DNA of 64,000 bases from an uncultured Solirubrobacterales bacterium (GTDB lineage: Bacteria > Actinomycetota > Thermoleophilia > Solirubrobacterales > Solirubrobacteraceae): positions 118,670 to 182,669 of the forward strand of contig CAVZQD010000007.1 of assembly GCA_963777335.1 (NCBI GenBank), in the 5' to 3' direction. The notes beneath the pieces are model-generated. The model was not told where the DNA came from and did no database searches. It saw only the letters and a list, made by a program, of their open reading frames with translations. Below, in pieces: positions 1 to 9,380 of the stretch (positions are counted from its first letter, which is position 1; each line of letters begins with the position of its first letter). Made by a program: the position numbers and the translations under genes.

Positions 1-39
1 TCGAGCCGCATTGAACCCCCTAGACAGGAACCGACACCA

Positions 40-345
40 ATGACAGAGATCGAACCAATGACGGAGATCAGATCACGGGCGGACGTGGCCACCGACAAGC
101 CGGTGGCGTACATGCGTCAGCTCTGCAAGCACTTCGGGCACAAGGTCGACGCTTCCTTCGGCGAGGACAGCGGCCACATCCAATTCGAGTTCGGGCGCTG
201 CGAGCTCCGCGCGAACGACGGCACGCTGGCGCTCGAGGTCAGTGCGGCCGACGTCGAGGGCCACGAGCGGATGGAGCGAGTGATCGGCTCGCATCTCGAG
301 CGCTTCGGCCGGCGCGACGGCCTGACCGTCGCCTGGCAGGAATAG
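40..345 (+). CDS. DUF2218 family protein
   Basis: YMRQLCKHFGHK and SHLERFG..W motifs, about 100 aa; alternative start at 58. Confidence 0.8.
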   Translation: MTEIEPMTEIRSRADVATDKPVAYMRQLCKHFGHKVDASFGEDSGHIQFEFGRCELRANDGTLALEVSAADVEGHERMERVIGSHLERFGRRDGLTVAWQE

Positions 346-359
346 GGCGGACGCTCGCT

Positions 360-443
360 AGTCCGCGGTCGCGGATCTCACGCTGCGCCACTAGGGCAGG
401 CGGCTACCCGGCGAGTCCGCGGTCGCGGATCTCACGCTGCGCC
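360..443. repeat. Perfect 30-bp direct repeat (360-389 and 414-443)
   Basis: AGTCCGCGGTCGCGGATCTCACGCTGCGCC occurs twice; the second copy lies in the 3' end of the VOC gene. Confidence 0.9.
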
Positions 444-841
444 GTCTCGGTCTTCTCGAGACCGTCGAGCCCGATCGCGCGCAGCACGTCGGGCGTCTTG
501 GTGAACTGGATATCGCGGTAGTCGACGATCTGCACATGGTTTCCCCACGGATCGTCGAAGTCGAGCGAGCCTGACGACTGCACGCCCACGCCCGCGGCCC
601 GCAGCGCCGCGCGGACCGCTTCCTTGCCGTCGACGACCAACCCGAAGTGGCGGTCGCCGTCGGGAGGCTGCGAGCGACCGGCGGCGAGCGCGATGAACTG
701 GTCTCCCATGTCGATGAACGCCATCCGCCGGCCGGCCCTCCCGCGGAGCTCGAACTCGAAGAAGCGCCCGTACCAGGCGAGAGCCTCGTCGACATCCGCG
801 ACCTCGAGCGCGATGTGGTTGATGCCGACGAGTCGTGCCAT
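404..841 (-). CDS. VOC/glyoxalase family protein
   Basis: INHIALEV, HFGLVV and FDDPWGN motifs; start taken at MARLVG (841). Confidence 0.85.
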   Translation of the reverse strand: MARLVGINHIALEVADVDEALAWYGRFFEFELRGRAGRRMAFIDMGDQFIALAAGRSQPPDGDRHFGLVVDGKEAVRAALRAAGVGVQSSGSLDFDDPWGNHVQIVDYRDIQFTKTPDVLRAIGLDGLEKTETAQREIRDRGLAG

Positions 842-858
842 CGGTCCGGCGCCGCGCC

Positions 859-1428
859 TCAGCTCCCGACTCCCGAGCCCGCGCCGGCCTTCATCTTCAT
901 CCACTCAGCCTTGTGCACACGCTTAGCCGACTGGTAGTCGGCGAGCGCCTGGGCGGAGTCGACGTCGCCGAGCGTGGGGTGCGGCGGCACCAGGTCCTGC
1001 GCCGCCGCGACATCGAAGCGCTTGGCGAGCACCGCGCCCAGCGCCTTGATTTTCATCTCCCCGAAGCCCGGGAGCGCGGCGAGGTTCGCGCGGAGCGTCG
1101 CGGAGTCGCCGGCATCGGTCCAGACGCGGCCGGCGTCGCCGTCGTACTCGTCGCGGATGTGGACCGCGAGGTCATGCACGCGGCGCGCCATTGATCCAGG
1201 GAAGCGGTGGATCGCCGGCCGCTCGCGGAAGCTCGGTTCGAGATCGGCGTCGGCAAGCGCGGCCGCGTCGAGCGTGCCGAGCCGTTCGCGGATCACCAGC
1301 GGTCCGGCGAACGCCTTCTGCACGGACACCTGCTGGTCGAGCGCGAAGCCGATCAGGAGCGCCATCGGGTCGGTGGCGATCAGCACGTTGGCTTCGTCGG
1401 AGTCGGTGAAATGGAGGCGGTCGGGCAT
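859..1428 (-). CDS. HhH-GPD family putative base-excision repair protein
   Basis: ALLIGFALDQQ, PAIHRFPGSMA and LPGFGEMK helix-hairpin-helix; start MPDRLHF. Confidence 0.8.
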   Translation of the reverse strand: MPDRLHFTDSDEANVLIATDPMALLIGFALDQQVSVQKAFAGPLVIRERLGTLDAAALADADLEPSFRERPAIHRFPGSMARRVHDLAVHIRDEYDGDAGRVWTDAGDSATLRANLAALPGFGEMKIKALGAVLAKRFDVAAAQDLVPPHPTLGDVDSAQALADYQSAKRVHKAEWMKMKAGAGSGVGS

Positions 1429-1481
1429 GGGGCGATCATAACCCTCGCATGATGCAGGCCCGCTGGCGTGCATCGTGCGCA

Positions 1482-1508
1482 GGGTTCGCGGCCGCGCGCC
1501 ATGGGTAG
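1482..1508 (+). promoter_or_regulatory. SigB/SigF-type promoter
   Basis: GGGTTCG-N14-GGGTAG just upstream of the 1509/1518 start. Confidence 0.5.
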
Positions 1509-1517
1509 GTGAAAGCT

Positions 1518-2471
1518 ATGACAACCGTCACCGGCACAACTCCCATGCGTCGCACCGAGACCAGACGGGTCCCACGAACGACCGGGGCCCTCAGCGGCCT
1601 GCTCGTGATCCTGCTCGGCATCTGGGGTGCGCTGATCCCCTTCGTCGGGCCGTATTTCCACTACGCGTTCGGCAGCTTCCAGACCTGGCACTACACCTCC
1701 GAGCGCCTGTGGCTCTGCATCATCCCCGGCGCGGTCGCGGCGATTGGGGGGTTCATGCTGCTGCGCAGCTCGCACCGCTCGACGGGGCTGCTCGGCGGCT
1801 GGCTGGCCGTCGCGGCCGGCGCCTGGTTCGCGATCGGGCCGACGATCAGCCTGCTGTGGCATGGCGCCGGCAACCCGATTGGCGCGCCAATGGGCGGACA
1901 CGCACGCCAGGCGATCGAGTGGCTGGGCTACTTCACGGGGCTCGGCGTCGCGATCGCGGCGCTGGCGGCGTTCGCGATGGGGCGGTACTTCTCGCGCCCC
2001 CGCGTGGTGGAGGAGGTCGCGGTGGCGGACGACGACGCTGGCGCGGCGGACGGTGCCGCGGTGGCGGGGCGCGATGCGCCTGTCGCGCAGCGCGGAGCAC
2101 CGGCTGCCGAGCGCGACGCACCGGTGGCGGCCACGGCTGCCGGCGAGTCGGTTGGCGGCCCAGGACGAGCACGGGTCGCCGAGCGGGAGCCGCTCGCCGT
2201 GCGAGAGCCGTTGGCGGAGCGCGAGCCAGTCGCGGGGCGTGACGAGCCGGTCGCGGGGCGTGACGAGGCGGTCGCGGGGCGTGACGAGCCGCTCGCGACC
2301 CGCGAGGAGCCGGCTGCAACCCGCGACGAGCCGATTGCACGCGACGAGGCGGTGGCGCCGCGCGACGCGGGCGAGGAGCAGGCGGCGTCGCCGGAGGACG
2401 CGACCGGAACGCCCTCGACGGTAGCGTACCGCCGGCGCCCGGGGCTGCTGTCCCGGTTCCGTCGCCGCTAA
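1518..2471 (+). CDS. Membrane protein (about 4 TM) with repetitive acidic C-terminal tail
   Basis: LLGIWGALIPFVGPYF TM region; EPVAGRD repeats; alternative GTG at 1509. Confidence 0.75.
   Translation: MTTVTGTTPMRRTETRRVPRTTGALSGLLVILLGIWGALIPFVGPYFHYAFGSFQTWHYTSERLWLCIIPGAVAAIGGFMLLRSSHRSTGLLGGWLAVAAGAWFAIGPTISLLWHGAGNPIGAPMGGHARQAIEWLGYFTGLGVAIAALAAFAMGRYFSRPRVVEEVAVADDDAGAADGAAVAGRDAPVAQRGAPAAERDAPVAATAAGESVGGPGRARVAEREPLAVREPLAEREPVAGRDEPVAGRDEAVAGRDEPLATREEPAATRDEPIARDEAVAPRDAGEEQAASPEDATGTPSTVAYRRRPGLLSRFRRR
2181..2366 (+). repeat. In-frame 18- and 21-bp tandem repeats
   Basis: GAGCCGGTCGCGGGGCGTGAC-like units at 2223, 2244, 2265, 2286 and 2307 encode EPVAGRD. Confidence 0.85.
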
Positions 2472-2569
2472 CTTCGACACCACATGCGGCATTTGGACAT
2501 CCGCGGCCGCGGATCCTTGTCCCAATGGCCAATGCGACCGAGCGGCCGCTCGCACAGGATGTCGAACCT

Positions 2570-3242
2570 GTGAGCTCGGACCTCATCGTCTCCTACGACG
2601 GCACGGCCAACGACGACGACGCGTTGGCGCTCGGGCAGGCTGCTCGGCAAGACCGGGGCGGGGGTCGCGCTTGCGTACATCCGGCACTCCCGCGAGTTTG
2701 ATCCGCGCCGCGAGGAGCTTGCCCAACACGACGCCGAGCGCCGTCTCGAGTCGGGCGTGGCCTGGCTCGGGGACCCGGAGATTCCCACGCACGTCGTGCT
2801 CAGCGGCTCGACGGGAGAAGGTCTCGAGCAACTGGCGGAGTCCGAGCAAGCGTCGGTGATCGTGTTCGGATCGGATTACCGCACCCCGCCTGGCCGGGCC
2901 GAGCCGGGCACGAGCGCCCAACGCCTGCTCGAGGGCGGCCCCGTTGCGATCGCGGTCGCGGCCGCTGGGCTGCGGAGCCTGAGCGATGCCGCGATCAAGT
3001 CGATCGCGGTGTCCGCCGCAGATGGCGACACGGCGGCTCAGCAGACCGCGGATGCGCTCGCGGCCAAGCTCGGGGCATCGATCGTCGACCTCGGCGGAGC
3101 CGAGACAGACCTGATCGTGGTGGGCTCGCAGCCCGGCGGGTCGTCTCGACGGATCACGCTCAGCGGATCGAGCCGGACGATGCTCAACACGGCTCGCGGA
3201 TCGGTGCTGGTGGTGCCGTCCGGCGATCCCGTCCGCCTCTGA
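2570..3242 (+). CDS. Universal stress protein (frameshift near 2635)
   Basis: GTG start VSSDLIVSYDGT..DDALALG; second frame IVFGS, LIVVGS, VLVVP; one extra base joins them. Confidence 0.75.
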
Positions 3243-3314
3243 GGTCACCGGCCGCGCGTCGCGCGCGGACTCGGCGCGCGTCGCCCGGCGGGTCGGTCAG
3301 GCACACTTTCCCGC

Positions 3315-4976
3315 GTGACCGGCGCCGACACCGAGAGACATCAACGCTTGACCCCGGGCACGGGTCAGATCGTGCTCGTGCCCGCCGAGCCGACCGCCGA
3401 ACGAGCGTACGAGCGCCGAAGCTCTTACCGGCTAAGCGATCCCGCTCTGTCCGAGCTCCCGCTCGAAGCGCTGCTCGCCGAGCTGCTGGTCCGCGTTCAG
3501 GAGGCGCTCGAGGTCGACACGGTCGCGATCCTGCTGTTCGACGTCGAGTCGCAGCAACTGGTCGCACGCGCGGCCAAGGGAATCGAGGAGGAGGTCGAGC
3601 AGGGCGTGCGGATTCCGCTCGGCCGAGGCTTCGCCGGCCGGATCGCGGCCGAGCGCGTCCCGATCTTCATCGCCGACGTGGATCACGCCGATGTCCTCAA
3701 TCCGATCTTGCGCGAGAAGGGCATCGCGTCGCTGCTCGGCGTTCCGATGATCGTCGAGGGCGAGCTGATCGGAGTTCTCCACGTTGGCTCTCTGACCCCG
3801 CGGACGTTCGGCCAGGACGACCTCGCGGTGTTGCAGATGGCGGCCGCGCGAGCCGCGCCGGCGATCGAGCGCGCCAGGCTGTACGCGGAGCTCGAGCACG
3901 AGCACGGCGTGTCGATGGTGCTCCAGCGAAGCCTGCTGCCCAAGCGGCTGGCCGACGTGGTCGGCGTGAGCGTAGCGGCGCGCTACCTGCCTGCTCGAGA
4001 GGAGGTCGGAGGCGACTGGTACGACGTGATCGAGCTGCCGCGCGGCAGGGTGGGCGTCGTGATCGGCGACGTGGTCGGTCACGGGATTGCCGCGGCGGCC
4101 CTGATGGGCCGGCTCCGCACGGCGCTGCACTCCTACGCGATCGAGGGTCATGGCCCGGGCCGTACGCTCGAGCTCGTCGACCGATTCGTGCAGTCACTCG
4201 ACGAGTCCGCGATGGCGACCGCGGCGTACGCGGTATTCGACACGTACACGTCGTCGCTCCAGTACGCGACTGCGGGGCACCTCCCGCCGGTCGTGATCTC
4301 GGGCGACGGCGCCCGCGTGCTGGACGTGACCCCCGCCCCGCCGCTTGGTGCGTTCCCCTACGGCCGCTGCCCCGAGCACGACCTCTCGCTGGGAAGCGGC
4401 GAGATGCTGTTGCTCTACACCGACGGCCTCGTCGAGCGCCGTGGCGCCGCACTCAGCGCCGGCATCGAGACGCTGGCCGAGGCCGTGCGCGGAGCCAGGA
4501 CGCCGGAGGAAACGTGTGCGTTCGCCTTCAGGGAGCTGGTTCCGCCCGACGGGCTACGGGACGACGTAGCGATCGTGGCGCTCCAGAACGAGGTCGTCCC
4601 CGCGGAGTTGCACGTGACGCTGCCGGCCGAGCCCAAGACGCTGGCGCGGGTGCGGCGCATCCTGCGCCGGTGGTTGAACGAACGCGGAGCGGACGAGGGC
4701 GAGGTGGCGGAGATGACGATCGCTGTGAGCGAGGCCTGCGCGAACGCGATCGAGCACGCGTACTCCCCGTCGCCTGCCACGTTCGAATTGCATGGATGGG
4801 CCCGGGACGGAGAGGTCACGGTGACGGTCCGCGACGGCGGCCGGTGGCGCGCGCCGCGTGGCCAGAACCGTGGTCGCGGATTTTCGATCATCGTCGCCGC
4901 AATGGATGATGTGCAGATCGATCGGACCGCCGAAGGGACGGAAGTCGTGATGCGCCGACGGATTGCGCCGAAATGA
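3315..4976 (+). CDS. GAF + SpoIIE/PP2C phosphatase + RsbW-like HATPase fusion
   Basis: GAF (GRGFAG, LLGVP), VGGDWYD, DVVGHG, YTDGLVE, DDVA; then EACANAIEHAY, DGG, GRGF. Confidence 0.9.
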   Translation: MTGADTERHQRLTPGTGQIVLVPAEPTAERAYERRSSYRLSDPALSELPLEALLAELLVRVQEALEVDTVAILLFDVESQQLVARAAKGIEEEVEQGVRIPLGRGFAGRIAAERVPIFIADVDHADVLNPILREKGIASLLGVPMIVEGELIGVLHVGSLTPRTFGQDDLAVLQMAAARAAPAIERARLYAELEHEHGVSMVLQRSLLPKRLADVVGVSVAARYLPAREEVGGDWYDVIELPRGRVGVVIGDVVGHGIAAAALMGRLRTALHSYAIEGHGPGRTLELVDRFVQSLDESAMATAAYAVFDTYTSSLQYATAGHLPPVVISGDGARVLDVTPAPPLGAFPYGRCPEHDLSLGSGEMLLLYTDGLVERRGAALSAGIETLAEAVRGARTPEETCAFAFRELVPPDGLRDDVAIVALQNEVVPAELHVTLPAEPKTLARVRRILRRWLNERGADEGEVAEMTIAVSEACANAIEHAYSPSPATFELHGWARDGEVTVTVRDGGRWRAPRGQNRGRGFSIIVAAMDDVQIDRTAEGTEVVMRRRIAPK

Positions 4977-5341
4977 GCCTCGCCGACGTTCAGATCACGC
5001 TCGCCCCGAGCGCGCTGATCGCCCATGTGACCGGCGAGGTCGACATGTCCAATGCCGAAGAGATTGGGGAAACCGTGATCGGGGCCACGCCGAACGAGGC
5101 CGACGGCGTGATCCTCGATCTGAGCGGAGTCGACTACCTCGACAGCGCCGGCATCTACGTCGTCTACGGCATGCGGGCGAGCCTGCGTGCCCGCGGCCAG
5201 CGGCTGATCCTCGTGATCCCACCGACGTCGTCCGTGCACGATTCGCTCCGGTTGGCCGGCACCGAGCGGCCGGGGGAGGTCGCCGAAGCGGTCGACGAGG
5301 CGCTGCGGATGCTCGATGGTAGGCCCCTCCCGGGCTCCTGA
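4973..5341 (+). CDS. STAS anti-sigma factor antagonist
   Basis: GEVDMSNA and LDLSGVDYLDSAG with phosphoacceptor Ser; ATGA overlap with upstream gene. Confidence 0.9.
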   Translation: MSLADVQITLAPSALIAHVTGEVDMSNAEEIGETVIGATPNEADGVILDLSGVDYLDSAGIYVVYGMRASLRARGQRLILVIPPTSSVHDSLRLAGTERPGEVAEAVDEALRMLDGRPLPGS

Positions 5342-5419
5342 TCCTGGCTCTCACGTGGTCGGAAGCTCGAGCGCGATCTCTTCCCAGTCGGCCGAGCGCC
5401 GCCTAGTCGGAAGTTTTCG

Positions 5420-5866
5420 TCAGTCAGCTTCCGCGGCGCGCGTCGGTGCGTCGCCGTGCCGGGATATCTCGCTCTGAACCGCGTCGGTGAACGAGCTCTC
5501 GTTGGCGAGACCGGCGTCGTTGGCGGGGGTCCACGTCGTAGAGGGGACCTCGCCGGGCCCGCTTTGCGTGTCGGCCTGTGCGCCGGCGCTTTGCGTCTCG
5601 GCTTGTGCGCCGGCGCCACGGTGGCGGACCCACTGGGAGGCGACGCGGATCACCAGGATCGCGAGGCCTGCGCTGACGACGACCAGCGCTATCTGCCGGA
5701 GCGACGGTGAGCTTCCGTCCTTGCCCCGGCGCCGGCGAAAACGATCGAGGAGGAACGCGACCTTGATCGCGATCCACCACCCTTGGGGGCCGCTGGGACG
5801 GCCGCGCCGGGCACGGGGATTGACCTTGTTGAGTGCGGCTCGGGGCGCGCTTGTCAGGTTGGGCAT
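5420..5866 (-). CDS. Hypothetical single-TM protein
   Basis: TM IALVVVSAGLAILVI; 27-bp tandem duplication at 5561-5614. Confidence 0.5.
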   Translation of the reverse strand: MPNLTSAPRAALNKVNPRARRGRPSGPQGWWIAIKVAFLLDRFRRRRGKDGSSPSLRQIALVVVSAGLAILVIRVASQWVRHRGAGAQAETQSAGAQADTQSGPGEVPSTTWTPANDAGLANESSFTDAVQSEISRHGDAPTRAAEAD

Positions 5867-5962
5867 GCGTCGAGGCTACACCCGCTGTTCGCGCCTGGCA
5901 TGTGCAGACACCAGAAGCGAGTGGGCTCGCGGGTTCGTCGCGGCCGCATCGTAAGGGATGGC

Positions 5963-5988
5963 GGGTTCGTCGCGGGCGCATCGGGTAA
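5963..5988 (+). promoter_or_regulatory. SigB/SigF-type promoter
   Basis: GGGTTCG-N13-GGGTAA ending 10 nt before ATG 5998. Confidence 0.5.
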
Positions 5989-5997
5989 CGAGTTCAC

Positions 5998-6267
5998 ATG
6001 ACCCTCTCCACCGCAACGATGGCCGAGGTCCCGCAACCGAGCGAGTCGCCGACGCCGGCCGTCCCCGACGCGCCGACCACGCCCGCCGTGCCGGATCCCG
6101 GGACGCCGGCCGCGCCCGAGGAGCCTGCGACGGTTCCCGGGCCCGACGAGCCGGCGGAACCGATCGCACCGAACCCCGGCCCCGGCGAGGCGCCCGAGCC
6201 GGAACGGTCGCCGGAGCCCGGCCCGGAGCCCGAGCGAACCCCGGAAACGCAGCCCGGCGAGTCCTAA
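5998..6267 (+). CDS. Pro/Glu-rich disordered small protein
   Basis: ATG after candidate promoter; PEPxxP-like low complexity. Confidence 0.55.
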   Translation: MTLSTATMAEVPQPSESPTPAVPDAPTTPAVPDPGTPAAPEEPATVPGPDEPAEPIAPNPGPGEAPEPERSPEPGPEPERTPETQPGES

Positions 6268-7019
6268 TCTCGGCCGGCGATCGCCCGCGCCACATCGCCG
6301 GCGTGGTGCACGTGCACGAGGTGACCGGCGTGCTCGATCTCGACCAATTCGGCCGCGTGTATCTGGCCGGCCAGGCGTCGCGCCGCCGCGATCGGGACCA
6401 CGCGGTCCGCGGTGCCGGCGACGATCGTCGTCGGCGCGGAGATCTGCTCGAGCCGGCGTTCGAGCACGGGGAGGTCGCGGACCAGAGATCGCTGTTCGCG
6501 GACGAACGAGCGCCACGACGAGCGGGTGAGCAGCGTCCGGCCGGCCGACTGGAGGTAGCGGTCGTCGAGCGCGGTAGCTTTCGTCACCCAGCGCCGCACG
6601 GGGCCGGCGCCGAGCACGAGGCCGCCGCCCGCCATCGCGCCCACTGCGAGCCAGCCGACCACGGGAGTGGCCAGGAGATAGTCGACCGCGCCGAGCGATT
6701 CGACGTTGGCCGCCGGCGCCACCAGCACGAGCCGGCCGACGCGCTCGGGGCTCGACCACGCGAGCCAGGCCGCCACCGCCGCCCCGAAGCTGTGGCCGAC
6801 GACCGTCGCTCGTGTGGCACCCACCCGATCGAGGACCGTCCGCGCCGCGCTCGCGTTGCCGGCGAGATCGCGCACGGCCGAGCGCCCGTCCCACCCCGGG
6901 CGGTCGAACGCGATCGTTCGCGCGTCGCCGTCGATCGAGGCTCTGACGTGCTCCCAGTCGGACGCCGCACCCGGTTGGCCGTGTAGCAGCAGAACGGGAT
7001 CGTTGAACACGGCGGACAC
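6264..7019 (-). CDS. Alpha/beta hydrolase
   Basis: LLHGQPG, GHSFG, GTADRVV, HAGH. Confidence 0.9.
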   Translation of the reverse strand: MSAVFNDPVLLLHGQPGAASDWEHVRASIDGDARTIAFDRPGWDGRSAVRDLAGNASAARTVLDRVGATRATVVGHSFGAAVAAWLAWSSPERVGRLVLVAPAANVESLGAVDYLLATPVVGWLAVGAMAGGGLVLGAGPVRRWVTKATALDDRYLQSAGRTLLTRSSWRSFVREQRSLVRDLPVLERRLEQISAPTTIVAGTADRVVPIAAARRLAGQIHAAELVEIEHAGHLVHVHHAGDVARAIAGRD

Positions 7020-7042
7020 CTCCGAGAGGGCATACTAGAGCG

Positions 7043-7846
7043 GTGACGTCAGCGCTCCTGTCCGACGCGCTCGGGCCGCTTCGCGCCGATCCCGCGCGCG
7101 CCGCGATCCTGTTCGACATCGACGGCACGCTCGCCCCGATCGTGGAGCATGCCCACGATGCCCGCGTGCCCGAGAGCACGCGCTCGCTGCTGGCCGAGGT
7201 CGCCCGCCGGTACGGCGTCGTCGCATGCGTCAGCGGCCGCCGCGCCTCGGAGTCGCGCGCGCTGGTCGCGATCGGCGCGATCTCCTACCTCGGCTCGCAC
7301 GGTGCCGAGGTGCTCCGCGCCGGCTGGACCGAGCCGGTCGTCGATCCCGGCATCCTCGACTGGACGGAGCGGATCCACGACTTCGCCCGCGAGGCCGACA
7401 CCGCCGACCTGCGCCGGCGGCGCGTGCGGCTCGAGGACAAGGGCGCGATCGTCGCCTTCCACTGGCGCGGCGCTCCCGACGAGGAGGCGGCGCGCGCGGC
7501 GATCGACTCGATCGCGGCCAAGGCCGAGGCGGCGGGGCTGCGGACCCATTGGGGACGCAAGGTGCTCGAGGTTCGCCCGCCGGTGAGGATCGACAAGGGC
7601 GCCGGAATCTCGGCCTTCCTGGCGGACACCGACGTCGACGTCGCCATGTACGTCGGCGACGACGCTACCGACCTCGACGCGTTCCACGCGCTCGTCTCGC
7701 TCGCCGACGAGGGCCGCATCTCGAAGGCGATCCGGGTCGGCGTCCGCTCCGACGAAGGACCGTCGGAGATCACCGAGGAGGCCGACCTCGTCGTCGACGG
7801 TCCCGAGGGCGTCGCCAAGCTGCTCGCGGTTCTGGCCGCCGATTAG
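7043..7846 (+). CDS. otsB: Trehalose-6-phosphate phosphatase (HAD)
   Basis: FDIDGTLAPI, VSGR, GSHGAE, LEVRP, DKG, GDDATD. Confidence 0.85.
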   Translation: MTSALLSDALGPLRADPARAAILFDIDGTLAPIVEHAHDARVPESTRSLLAEVARRYGVVACVSGRRASESRALVAIGAISYLGSHGAEVLRAGWTEPVVDPGILDWTERIHDFAREADTADLRRRRVRLEDKGAIVAFHWRGAPDEEAARAAIDSIAAKAEAAGLRTHWGRKVLEVRPPVRIDKGAGISAFLADTDVDVAMYVGDDATDLDAFHALVSLADEGRISKAIRVGVRSDEGPSEITEEADLVVDGPEGVAKLLAVLAAD

Positions 7847-7860
7847 GCTGGCGCGACGGC

Positions 7861-8415
7861 GTGCGGTTCTCGGACTTCCTCCGCACCACGGTCCTGATCA
7901 GCGCCGCCGCTGCGAGCGCGCTGGCGGCGGTGACGGTGGCCGCGGCCGCCGGGACGAGCGACGACCTGCTCGTGCCGGTGTCGGCCGGGTGGTGGGTGGT
8001 CGCGGGCATCTTCGGCATCTGGACGGGGCGGAGGGCAGGACCCGCCACGCAGATCGCCGCGTTGTTGAAGAGTGCGCGGACCCAGTCCTCGCTGCCCGAG
8101 GTCAACCCGACCCGGACCGTGCTCAACCGGCTGTGGCCGCTGCTGGTGTCGACGATCGGCGCCGGCGCACTCGCCTTCCTGGTGCCCCAGGTGCCGGCGG
8201 TCGCGACCGGCTTCGCGATCATCTGGGCGCTCGCCTGGCGGCGCCAGGCGTCGGCCGTCACCGCGATCGAGGAACGCGACGGCGCGCGCTTCTACGTGGA
8301 GCGCACCTCACCTTTCAAGGCGATCCGGTTGATCCGCACGCCGGGCTTCCGCTCTAACCTGTTCGAGTTGAACGGGGCGTCTGGTCACTCACGGCGCGCC
8401 CGGCCCCGCGCGTGA
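7861..8415 (+). CDS. Hypothetical membrane protein
   Basis: GTG start VRFSDFLR; four hydrophobic segments; stop overlaps lgt start. Confidence 0.65.
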   Translation: MRFSDFLRTTVLISAAAASALAAVTVAAAAGTSDDLLVPVSAGWWVVAGIFGIWTGRRAGPATQIAALLKSARTQSSLPEVNPTRTVLNRLWPLLVSTIGAGALAFLVPQVPAVATGFAIIWALAWRRQASAVTAIEERDGARFYVERTSPFKAIRLIRTPGFRSNLFELNGASGHSRRARPRA

Positions 8416-9380
8416 TCATCCCGTCGTTCATACCGAGCCCCGCCAACAACGGCTTCTACATCGGGCCGCTGTTCGTGCATGCCTACGGCTTGGCGTACGT
8501 GTTCGCGGTGGCGGGGGCGATCTTCGTCACGCGGTGGCGCTGGCGAAAGGTCGGCGGTGACCCGGACCTCTGCTACGAGGCCGCCGCCTGGGGTTTCCCC
8601 GCCGGGTTGATCGGGGGCCGGCTGTACTTCGTGATCACGACACCCAGTCAGATCGAGCCCCACAACTTCTGGGGCATCTTCGCGATCTGGAAGGGCGGAC
8701 TCGGGGTCTGGGGCGGGATCGCCTGCGGCGTCGCCGTCGGCTACCTCGTCATCCGCAGACGGCTGACCCATGGCGACGTCCTTCGGTTCATGGACGCCCT
8801 GGCGCCCGGGCTGCTGGTGGCCCAGTCGATCGGACGGATCGGCAACTACTTCAACCAGGAGCTGTTCGGCAAGCCGTCGACGCTTCCGTGGGCGCTGAAG
8901 ATCTCGCCTGCCCACCGGCCGCCGCACTACACGCAATTCGCCACGTTCCAGCCCTCGTTCCTGTACGAGATCATCTGGAACCTGTTGCTGGCCGGCGGCC
9001 TGATCTGGCTCGGCAACCACCGCAAGATCAAGCCGCCGGGGCTGTTCGCGCTGTACGTCGCGGGCTACTCGGGCTACCGGATCTTCGAGGAGCAGATCCG
9101 GATCGACTACTCGAACCACATCCTCGGCATGCGACTCAACTTCTGGATCGCGACGCTCCTGTGTCTGGCCGGGCTCGCGTGGTTCGTGTGGATCCAGAAG
9201 CGCGGCAAGTACGACCCGCTGCCGCTCGATGGACCGAGCGCCGACGCGCGCGTCGTCATGCGCAGGAAGCCGACCGCGCCCTACCGCAAGCCGCCGGCGC
9301 CGACGTACGGGAAGAAGTCGTCGTCAGGCGCGCGCCCTACGTCGCGCTCGGGCGGCCGGCGGCGCGGCGCCGACCCCTGA
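8412..9380 (+). CDS. lgt: Prolipoprotein diacylglyceryl transferase
   Basis: HAYGL, GGRLY, IWKGGL, QSIGRIGNYFNQELFG, PSFLYE. Confidence 0.95.
   Translation: MIIPSFIPSPANNGFYIGPLFVHAYGLAYVFAVAGAIFVTRWRWRKVGGDPDLCYEAAAWGFPAGLIGGRLYFVITTPSQIEPHNFWGIFAIWKGGLGVWGGIACGVAVGYLVIRRRLTHGDVLRFMDALAPGLLVAQSIGRIGNYFNQELFGKPSTLPWALKISPAHRPPHYTQFATFQPSFLYEIIWNLLLAGGLIWLGNHRKIKPPGLFALYVAGYSGYRIFEEQIRIDYSNHILGMRLNFWIATLLCLAGLAWFVWIQKRGKYDPLPLDGPSADARVVMRRKPTAPYRKPPAPTYGKKSSSGARPTSRSGGRRRGADP

Noticed and set aside
2181-2366. Tandem repeats as a CRISPR array
   Set aside because: In-frame coding repeats with no spacers and no cas genes.
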